20,558 bases of DNA from Armatimonas sp. (GTDB taxonomy: Bacteria; Armatimonadota; Armatimonadia; Armatimonadales; Armatimonadaceae). Shown here one piece after another: positions 1 to 6,680 of this stretch. Made by a program: the position numbers and the translations under genes. Position 1 is the first letter of the stretch. Every line of letters begins with the position of its first letter. Under the pieces are notes generated by a model. It was not told the DNA's origin. It worked only from the letters and a program-made list of their open reading frames with translations, and did no database searches. Location of the stretch: contig NZ_JANNYP010000607.1 in the NCBI RefSeq assembly GCF_031410135.1, forward strand, positions 1 to 20,558, given 5' to 3'.

Positions 1-758
1 CCAAGCGTATTGAGGCGCACTTTGCGGAAGTGGCAGGAGCGTGTAAGGGGAAAGTGGTTGAGTGGGACGTGATCAACGAGCCCTTTGACAACCACGACAT
101 CACCGATATTCTGGGCCGCGACTCGCTGATCCGCTGGTTCAAGCTCGCTCAAAAACACGATAGCAAGGCGCGGCTCTTTCTCAACGACTACCCGCCCATG
201 GACGGCACCGACAAGGGCAACGCGCACCTCAACCACTTCGAGGACACGCTACGGTTCCTGCAAAAAGGCGGCGCACCGCTCCAGGGGCTCGGCTTCCAAG
301 GGCACTTTGGCGCCTCCCCGATTCCCCCCGCTCGGGTGCTCTCCTGCCTGGATCGCTTTGGAAAGCTCGGCGTGCCCATTGCCATCACCGAGTTTGATAT
401 CAACACCGAAGACGAGCAGCTCCAGGCCGACTACACCCGCGATTTTCTCACCGCCTGCTTCTCGCACCCGTCAGTCTCGGAGATTATCAATTGGGGGTTC
501 TGGGAGAAGCGCCACTGGTTCCCCAAGGCCGCGCTGTGGCGTGCGGACTGGAGCATCAAGCCCAACGGCCAGGTCTGGGTGGATCTGACCACAAAGAAAT
601 GGCGCACCAACGCCAGCGGTGCCACCAATGCACAGGGTAGTTTCGCCGTGCGCGGCTTCCATGGTGCCTATAAGATCGCCGCTGTCCACAAAGGCAAGCG
701 CTCCGAAGTAAGCTGGACGCTGACGGGCACGCCTACTACCGTCACCCTTGCGATTTAA
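1..758 (+). CDS. Glycoside hydrolase family 10 (endo-1,4-beta-xylanase), C-terminal part; 5' end lies outside the window
   Basis: ORF 30..758 stays open back to the window edge. It has the WDVINEP motif (GH10 acid/base Glu region) and ITEFDI (GH10 nucleophile Glu region, ITELD-type). Stop TAA at 756-758. Confidence 0.8.
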   Translation, partial: KRIEAHFAEVAGACKGKVVEWDVINEPFDNHDITDILGRDSLIRWFKLAQKHDSKARLFLNDYPPMDGTDKGNAHLNHFEDTLRFLQKGGAPLQGLGFQGHFGASPIPPARVLSCLDRFGKLGVPIAITEFDINTEDEQLQADYTRDFLTACFSHPSVSEIINWGFWEKRHWFPKAALWRADWSIKPNGQVWVDLTTKKWRTNASGATNAQGSFAVRGFHGAYKIAAVHKGKRSEVSWTLTGTPTTVTLAI

Positions 759-759
759 A

Positions 760-777
760 CGCCGCTTGAAAGCGGCG
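760..777 (+). terminator. GC-rich hairpin CGCCGC-ttgaaa-GCGGCG directly after the xylanase stop codon; possible intrinsic terminator (no T-tract)
   Basis: Perfect 6-bp inverted repeat with TTGAAA loop read directly from sequence. No U-run follows, which may be normal in GC-rich genomes. Confidence 0.3.
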
Positions 778-823
778 GGCGACAGTTCACAATGTCTTAA
801 TATTGCCGAACTAAACTACCCAC

Positions 824-2608
824 ATGAACACACTCTATCCTCTCACCTCTCTCGTCGCGCTGGTAGCGGCTCCTGCTCTGGCGCAGGCACAGACAGGTGC
901 TACGTTTTTCGGTCAGACGGAGGTGCATGTGGTGCATATTGCCCTCACCCAAGAGCAGTGGGACGGCATGAGCCCCACCCGTCCACAGGGCTTCGGGCCG
1001 ATGGACTTGCAGTTCCCTGAGGTCAAGTCTACGATCGCCGTCGATGGCAAAGAGTATGTCGTCGGGCTGCGCTTTAAGGGCAATTCAAGCTACATGAGCA
1101 GCTCCCGTGGGCTCAAGCGCCCCTTTAAGATTGACTTTAATCAGCACGTCAAGGGCCAAAGCCACGAAGGGATCACCAAGCTCAACCTCAATAACAACTT
1201 CTCGGACCGCACCCAGATTCGCGAGACCCTCGCCTACGAGATCTTCCGACGGATGGGTCTTCCCTCGCCGCGCACGACCATGGCAAAAGTGGGGATCACG
1301 CTAGGCGGGGAAGAAAAATCCCTGGGGCTCTACACCCTGGTGCAGCAAGTGGACTCCAGCTTTCTCAAAGAGCACTATGGCACGGGCGAGGGCATGCTCC
1401 TCAAGCCGGAGGGAGCCCGTGGGGGAATCACCTATCTGGGCGACGACTGGTCGCGCTACGAGACAGGCTACGACCCAAAGGGTAAACCAACCCCACAAGA
1501 GAAAACGCGTCTGATCGCCTTTGCCAAGCTCGTTCACCAGTCCGACGAGGCAACGTTCCAGAAAGAGATCGGCAATTTTCTGGACACCGAGGGCTTCGCG
1601 AAGTTTTTAGCCGCCACGGCGGTGACATCTAACGGCGACAATATGTTTGCGATGGGCCATAATTTTTATCTTTGGCTCAATCCCAAGACCAATAAATTTG
1701 TCTACCTGCCGTGGGACTTAAACATGGCCTTTGGGGGCTTCCCCATCGGCGACCCGATTCACCTATCGGTAAAGAAGCCCTACAACGGCGAGAGCAAGCT
1801 CACGGATCGTTTTCTGGCGATCCCCGAGTTCCGAGCGGCGTACAACAAGTCTTGTCGTGAGGGTGCCAAGATCATGACGGAGCTAGATGCCCTCCATGAC
1901 TCCACGGCAGCAGCAGCCAAGCCCATCATGGCCTTCGATCCTAAAGACTCTGGCGGAGGCTTCGGTCCAGGAGGCCCTGGTGGAGGAGGCCCCGGCGGGC
2001 CAGGCGGCGGTGGCCCCGAAGGTCAGGGTGGCCCGGGCGGGGGACGGCGTGGGGGCGGTGGGCCGGGTGGCCCCGGAGGGCCAGGCGGCATGGGTGGCAC
2101 CAACGACCTCAAGACCTTCTTTGCGCAGCGCTCTGCCTCTGTAATTGCACAGCTTGACGGCAAAGAAGAGGGCATTATCCCCCAAAGCGGCGGCCCCGGA
2201 GGGCCAGGCGGCCCGGGTGGCTTCGATCCCGCCCAGATGCTCGGAACAAGCTTCCTCCAGCTCACGGGGGCAGGTGAGGCTCCGACGCTCACGGCCTTCA
2301 ACGATGCCTGGAAGAAAGGCGCGGCATTCTGCGACAAGAATAAAGATGGCAAGCTGACCCAAGAAGAGCTAAACGCGGGCGTGAGCTCCGTCCTCGGCGG
2401 TGGCTTTGGGCCAGGGCAGTTTTTAGGGCCGCAGATTTGGAGCGCTCTGAAAGCCAAAGATAGCGTTCCGGTGGCGACCTTCACTGCAACGATGGCGCAG
2501 TGGGGCGTAAGCTGGGATAGCAACAAAGACGGGAAACTCACGGTTTCGGAGGTGGGGGCGGGCCTGATGCAGGTACTTCCCCCACCCAACGCCGGAGGAG
2601 GGTTCTAA
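824..2608 (+). CDS. Secreted CotH-family (spore-coat-protein-H-like atypical kinase) protein with Gly/Pro-rich low-complexity linker and two C-terminal EF-hand Ca-binding loops
   Basis: N-terminal signal peptide MNTLYPLTSLVALVAAPALAQAQ. Central region (FKIDFNQH...KLNLNNNFSDRTQIRETLAYEIFRRMGLPSPRTTMAKVGI...LGLYTLVQQVDSSFLKEHYG) matches my recollection of the CotH kinase-like domain. Gly/Pro-rich runs follow (GGPGGGGPGGPGGGG...). Two 12-residue loops, DKNKDGKLTQEE (nt 2333-2368) and DSNKDGKLTVSE (nt 2516-2551), fit the canonical EF-hand pattern D-x-N-x-D-G-x-[ILV]-x-x-x-E. Confidence 0.65.
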   Translation: MNTLYPLTSLVALVAAPALAQAQTGATFFGQTEVHVVHIALTQEQWDGMSPTRPQGFGPMDLQFPEVKSTIAVDGKEYVVGLRFKGNSSYMSSSRGLKRPFKIDFNQHVKGQSHEGITKLNLNNNFSDRTQIRETLAYEIFRRMGLPSPRTTMAKVGITLGGEEKSLGLYTLVQQVDSSFLKEHYGTGEGMLLKPEGARGGITYLGDDWSRYETGYDPKGKPTPQEKTRLIAFAKLVHQSDEATFQKEIGNFLDTEGFAKFLAATAVTSNGDNMFAMGHNFYLWLNPKTNKFVYLPWDLNMAFGGFPIGDPIHLSVKKPYNGESKLTDRFLAIPEFRAAYNKSCREGAKIMTELDALHDSTAAAAKPIMAFDPKDSGGGFGPGGPGGGGPGGPGGGGPEGQGGPGGGRRGGGGPGGPGGPGGMGGTNDLKTFFAQRSASVIAQLDGKEEGIIPQSGGPGGPGGPGGFDPAQMLGTSFLQLTGAGEAPTLTAFNDAWKKGAAFCDKNKDGKLTQEELNAGVSSVLGGGFGPGQFLGPQIWSALKAKDSVPVATFTATMAQWGVSWDSNKDGKLTVSEVGAGLMQVLPPPNAGGGF

Positions 2609-2610
2609 AA

Positions 2611-3273
2611 ATGAGCATCGAGGGCGAGATTGTCCGCGCCGGTTTTGAGCGCAAGTACCTGGTTCCTGAGAGCCTCGCGGAGAGCCTGCTCAGCGCCGTG
2701 CAAGCGATCCTCCCTCCCGATCCGTACGGGGGACGCTACTCGGTGGCAAGCCTCTATCTCGATACTCCTGACCTGGCTTCCTATCGCCGCGAGGTGCAGG
2801 GCAAGTGGCGGCTACGGCGCTATAGCACCACCGAGACGGTCTTTGCAGAGTTCAAGGCTAAACCGGAGCCAGGAAAAGTCCATAAGCGCCGCAGTGCACT
2901 CTCGTCAGATCAGCTCCCGGCGAGTCTCCCCGGCTGGTTTCAGAAAGCGATCCATAAACAAAGCCTCTCTCCCACACGCCTCGTCACCTACACCCGAGAT
3001 GCCTTTGTCGGGGAGCTGGGGGGCGAGGAAGTTCGCCTGACACTGGATCATGCCGTCCAAGCAAGCTCCCATCAGAGCCTCCACTTCCCCCCGTTTGACG
3101 GGGGCCAGGGGGTAGGATTCCCCCTCACCGAGGGGCGCATCCTAGAGATCAAGTACGAGTTCGCACTGCCCGCAGAGCTGGCAAAGCTCACCTCGGAGCT
3201 CGGCCTGCTCCCGGAGTCGTTCTCCAAGTACCGCACCGCGATAGAGAAAATCCCCCCGTCGGACGGGGGCTAG
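2611..3273 (+). CDS. VTC / CYTH-like (triphosphate-tunnel-metalloenzyme-related, polyphosphate-polymerase-type) domain protein
   Basis: Starts 3 nt after the CotH stop, so it is coupled to it. N-terminal FERKYLVP resembles the CYTH/VTC ExExK-type strand. VTC-domain genes are recurrent neighbours of cotH-family genes (recalled knowledge). Assignment by motif only. Confidence 0.45.
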   Translation: MSIEGEIVRAGFERKYLVPESLAESLLSAVQAILPPDPYGGRYSVASLYLDTPDLASYRREVQGKWRLRRYSTTETVFAEFKAKPEPGKVHKRRSALSSDQLPASLPGWFQKAIHKQSLSPTRLVTYTRDAFVGELGGEEVRLTLDHAVQASSHQSLHFPPFDGGQGVGFPLTEGRILEIKYEFALPAELAKLTSELGLLPESFSKYRTAIEKIPPSDGG

Positions 3274-3282
3274 GGGGCTAGC

Positions 3283-4968
3283 GTGTCCGAAGTCTGGCGG
3301 CTGGCGCGGCGGTTCTGGCCGCAGCTTTTGCTCTTGCTCTTGTTGGAGCTGCTCGGGGCGGGGCTGGCCGTGCTGGCTCCCATCCCGCTCCAGACCGCGC
3401 TGGATGTGGTGCTGCAAAAACGCGCCGCCCCCGCTTGGCTGGTGCCGTTCTCGGGAAGCGCCCTGCCCGCACTGTGTGCTGGCAGCCTGTTGGTGACACT
3501 TCTTGCCCAGGGCCAAGGCCTGGCAACGGCGCTGCTCTCCACGGGCCTCGGGCAGCGGCTCATTCGTGATCTGCGGGCGCGACTCTTTGCGGCGGCGCAG
3601 CGGCTCTCTCTGGCGCGGCATATTGAGCGCGGCACGACCGACACCCTCTACCGCATCCAGTCCGATGCCCAGTCTATTGAGTGGTTCTTGCTGGATGGAG
3701 CACTTCCGGTGCTCACAGCCATCACGACCCTGGCGCTGATGCTCACCGCGCTCTTTCGACTCGACACAAGCCTTGGCTGGGTCGGGGTGGCGCTGGGGCC
3801 TCCTCTGCTCTTAGCTGCGCGCGCTACTCGCCCTGGCTTGAAAGCGGCCTCGCGTGATGCCAAGCAGAAAGAGAGCGAGGCGCTGAGCATTGTGCAGGCC
3901 ACGCTGGGGGCGTTGACCAGTGTGAAGGCCTTCGGAATTGAGGACGCGCAGACGCAGCGCTTCGCGGAGGCATCGGAGAAGGCGGTGAAGGTGCGCCTGC
4001 GCATCGCACTCCTCGACGGGCTCTTTGGGATGGGAATCCAAACCCTGACGGCACTGGGGACGGCGGCGGCGCTCTACATCGGCGTGGCAGCGGCGCAGCG
4101 TGGAGTGCTCACCGTCGGCCAGGTGCTGCTAGGTCTGCACTACCTCAACCAGGTCTACAGCCCGCTGAAGACTCTGGGAAAGAAATGGGCGAGCCTGCAA
4201 AACCAAATGGCCGGGCTGGAGCGAGCAACAGCGCTTCTGACGGAGCCTGCGGAGGTGCCGACTCACCCAAACCCCACGCCACTTCCCCAGCCCGTGCGCG
4301 GTGAGCTTCGCTTTGAGAACATCGCCTTTGGCTACGACCCACGCCGCCCCGTTCTAGAAAACGTCAGCTTCACCGTCGCGCCCGGTGAGCGTATCGGGAT
4401 TGTCGGTGAGACGGGCAGCGGCAAGTCCACGCTGCTCTCGCTCCTGATGCGCCTCTACTCCCCCACCAGCGGCGAGATCTTCTTAGACGGCATCAAACTC
4501 ACGGAAATAGCACTTGCAGAGCTGCGGGCGCAGCTCGCGGTAGTTTTTCAAGAGACGGTTCTCTTGCCGGGGACGCTCGCCGAGAATATCGCGGTGGGAA
4601 AGCCGGGCGCGACACTCACCAAGATCGAGGCCGCCGCCAAAGCAGCGCAGCTCCACGAGGCTGTCCAGCGCTTCCCCGATGGCTACCAGACCAAAGTGGG
4701 CGAGCGCGGCGCAGCCCTCTCCGGCGGTGAGCGCCAGCGCGTCGGCCTCGCCCGTGCTTTCCTGCGCGATGCCCCGATCCTACTCCTAGACGAGCCCACC
4801 AGCGCTCTCGATGCGACGACTGAACAAGAGGTCCTCAGCGCCATGGAGCGCCTCATGGAGGGCCGGACGGTGCTGCTCGTCACCCACCGCGAGAGCGCCC
4901 TGCGTGGAATGCATCGCGTTCTTCTGGTTGAAAACCGAACCTTAGTAGCCCACTTCCCCCTACCTTGA
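3283..4968 (+). CDS. ABC transporter, fused permease/ATP-binding exporter (MsbA/type-I exporter family)
   Basis: GTG start 10 nt after the previous stop. N-terminal hydrophobic TM region. Walker A GETGSGKST, ABC signature LSGGERQRVGLARA, Walker B ILLLDEPTSALD, H-loop region LLVTHR. Confidence 0.9.
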   Translation: MSEVWRLARRFWPQLLLLLLLELLGAGLAVLAPIPLQTALDVVLQKRAAPAWLVPFSGSALPALCAGSLLVTLLAQGQGLATALLSTGLGQRLIRDLRARLFAAAQRLSLARHIERGTTDTLYRIQSDAQSIEWFLLDGALPVLTAITTLALMLTALFRLDTSLGWVGVALGPPLLLAARATRPGLKAASRDAKQKESEALSIVQATLGALTSVKAFGIEDAQTQRFAEASEKAVKVRLRIALLDGLFGMGIQTLTALGTAAALYIGVAAAQRGVLTVGQVLLGLHYLNQVYSPLKTLGKKWASLQNQMAGLERATALLTEPAEVPTHPNPTPLPQPVRGELRFENIAFGYDPRRPVLENVSFTVAPGERIGIVGETGSGKSTLLSLLMRLYSPTSGEIFLDGIKLTEIALAELRAQLAVVFQETVLLPGTLAENIAVGKPGATLTKIEAAAKAAQLHEAVQRFPDGYQTKVGERGAALSGGERQRVGLARAFLRDAPILLLDEPTSALDATTEQEVLSAMERLMEGRTVLLVTHRESALRGMHRVLLVENRTLVAHFPLP

Positions 4969-4999
4969 CAGAGCTTTCTCAAGCCGCGCACAATGGGCT

Positions 5000-5437
5000 A
5001 TGGCAACGGAAGATGAGACACGAGCCGAGGCCCTGCGCGGCATGGCCGATCCCGACCCACGCATCCGCGCCTACGCCACAGGGCTGCTGGATCACCTAGC
5101 GACGGACGCGTGCGTGGTACCACTCACCAAAGCCCTGTCCGATCCTTCTGCCCATGTCCGGCGGCTGGCGGTGCACGCGCTGGGCTGCCAGGACTGTAAA
5201 GCTGCGCCGCTGGACATCGACATTGTGGGCCTGCTGGTAGATCGTGCGCTGCATGACAAGAGCATCCGGGTGCGACGCGTCACCGTGCACCAGCTCGGTC
5301 TTCAGCCCCACGATCCCCGCGCCGTCTCCGCGCTGGAGAGCATTCTGGAGCACGACCACGATGAAAAGCTGCGCTCACGAGCGGCGTTTGCGCTCAAGAA
5401 TCAAACAGCAGAGTATAGTGTGGTAAAATCCCGCTGA
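5000..5437 (+). CDS. HEAT/PBS-lyase-like repeat protein
   Basis: Repeated units of the type D(P/x)xxxVRxxAxxALG (DPDPRIRAYATGLL, DPSAHVRRLAVHALG, DKSIRVRRVTVHQLG, DHDEKLRSRAAFALK). Confidence 0.6.
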   Translation: MATEDETRAEALRGMADPDPRIRAYATGLLDHLATDACVVPLTKALSDPSAHVRRLAVHALGCQDCKAAPLDIDIVGLLVDRALHDKSIRVRRVTVHQLGLQPHDPRAVSALESILEHDHDEKLRSRAAFALKNQTAEYSVVKSR

Positions 5438-5465
5438 CAATCGTTATTCGTTAGGGATATTTACT

Positions 5466-6551
5466 TTGGAACAGCAGGCTGCGCATCAGTTTCCGGTAGA
5501 CAGTGAGATCGTGGAGATCAAGCAGGACACCACCGGCAATATCAATAAAACCTATGTCGTGACTCTCGCCGATGCGGAGCGCTTCATTCTCCAGCGGATC
5601 AATAAGACAGTCTTCACACAGCCCGAACTGGTGATGCGCAACATCCGTACGTTCTCAGAGCATGTCACGCGCAAGCTGGCTGTCGCGCCGCTAGACAAAG
5701 GCCGCCGCTGGGAGACGCCCCGCGTAATGGCCACGCAAGACGGTCGTGATTTCTGGCTCGATCCTGAGGGCGAGTACTGGCGCGCCCTGAGCTTTATCCC
5801 CCGCTCCCGCTCCTACAACACCGCGCAGAGTGAAGACCATGCCTACGAAGTGGGCTTTGGGCTGGGTGCGTTCCACAACCTCATCAGCGACCTGCCCGCC
5901 GACCAGCTCGCCGACACGCTTCCCGGCTTTCATATCGCACCGGGCTATCTGGCGCACTTTGATAAAGTCGTCACCAACCACAAGACCGAGCTCACCGCAG
6001 AGGTACGCTACGGCCTAGACTTTGTCGCGACGCGGCGCGGTCTAGCAAGTGTGCTGGAAGACGCGAAAGCCTCAGGAAAGCTCCCCCTGCGCCCGATTCA
6101 TGGCGATCCGAAGATCAATAACGTGATGATGGACACCACGACCGGGCAAGCCATCAGCATCATTGACCTTGACACCGTCAAGCCGGGTTTAGTCCACTAC
6201 GACATTGGCGATGGCCTGCGCTCGGCGTGTAATCCCCTCGGAGAAGAGACCAAGGACTTCGACTCGGTGTGCTTCGAGCCGGAGCTGGGCAAGGCGATTC
6301 TCAGCGGCTACCTTGAGCAAGCCCACCACTTCCTCACCCCCGCCGACTACGAGCACCTCTTTGATGCGATCCGCCTGATCGCCTTCGAGCTGGGCCTGCG
6401 CTTCTTCACGGATCACCTCGCCGGGGATGTCTACTTCACGGCAAACTACCGGGGCCATAACCTGGAGCGTGCCCTCGTCCAGTTTGCACTTTGCAAGAGC
6501 ATCGAGAGCCAAGAGTCCACGATTCGCAAGATCATCGCCGACGCGCTTTAG
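5466..6551 (+). CDS. N-acetylhexosamine 1-kinase (NahK)-like kinase of the APH/choline-kinase phosphotransferase superfamily
   Basis: TTG start as given by the ORF track. GNINKTYVV...ILQRINKTVF, HGDPKINNVMMD...IIDLDTV and GDVYFTANYRGHNL align by eye with the Bifidobacterium NahK motifs GHINTTYLV...ILQQMNTSIF, HNDTKLNNILMD...IIDLDTI and GDIYFATKYPEHNL (recalled). These include the catalytic HxD...N...D-L-D loop of the APH fold. Confidence 0.7.
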   Translation: MEQQAAHQFPVDSEIVEIKQDTTGNINKTYVVTLADAERFILQRINKTVFTQPELVMRNIRTFSEHVTRKLAVAPLDKGRRWETPRVMATQDGRDFWLDPEGEYWRALSFIPRSRSYNTAQSEDHAYEVGFGLGAFHNLISDLPADQLADTLPGFHIAPGYLAHFDKVVTNHKTELTAEVRYGLDFVATRRGLASVLEDAKASGKLPLRPIHGDPKINNVMMDTTTGQAISIIDLDTVKPGLVHYDIGDGLRSACNPLGEETKDFDSVCFEPELGKAILSGYLEQAHHFLTPADYEHLFDAIRLIAFELGLRFFTDHLAGDVYFTANYRGHNLERALVQFALCKSIESQESTIRKIIADAL

Positions 6552-6572
6552 CCGCCGGTTGAAACCGGCGGC
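6551..6572 (+). terminator. Hairpin GCCGCCGG-ttgaaa-CCGGCGGC immediately after the kinase stop codon; probable intrinsic terminator
   Basis: Perfect 8-10 bp GC stem read from sequence, abutting the TAG stop (6549-6551). It sits between convergent genes. Confidence 0.4.
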
Positions 6573-6589
6573 TGCAGTAGCCTTCGGCT

Positions 6590-6639
6590 GCAAAGCCCGT
6601 GCCGGGCTACAAATTTCCCGAGCCCGGCACGGGCTTTGC
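6590..6639. repeat. Perfect 19-bp inverted repeat with 12-nt loop (GCAAAGCCCGTGCCGGGCT ... AGCCCGGCACGGGCTTTGC)
   Basis: Checked base by base: the right arm is the exact reverse complement of the left arm. Located in the 130-nt convergent intergenic spacer. Confidence 0.8.
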
Positions 6640-6660
6640 GGCACGCAGTGCCATTGGTGA

Positions 6661-6679
6661 CGCCCCATTTCATGGGGCG
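6661..6679 (-). terminator. Hairpin CGCCCCAT-ttc-ATGGGGCG abutting the stop of the minus-strand 1003-aa gene; probable terminator
   Basis: 8-bp stem and 3-nt loop directly 3' of the stop codon (CTA at 6681-6683 on the plus strand). Confidence 0.35.
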
Positions 6680-6680
6680 G

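Noticed and set aside
748-1020. 90-aa ORF overlapping the xylanase end and CotH start
   Set aside because: Out of frame with two confidently called genes; no motifs.
2023-2589. Minus-strand 188-aa Pro/Gly-rich ORF (PPGPPGPP...) and the 159-aa ORF at 1883-2362
   Set aside because: Antisense shadow of the Gly/Pro-rich linker of the CotH-like gene; no start context, entirely inside a well-supported plus-strand gene.
3142-4054. Several minus-strand ORFs (159, 124, 82, 118, 76 aa) overlapping the ABC exporter gene
   Set aside because: Arg/Ala/Pro-rich products typical of antisense frames in high-GC coding DNA; the plus-strand gene carries unambiguous Walker/ABC motifs.
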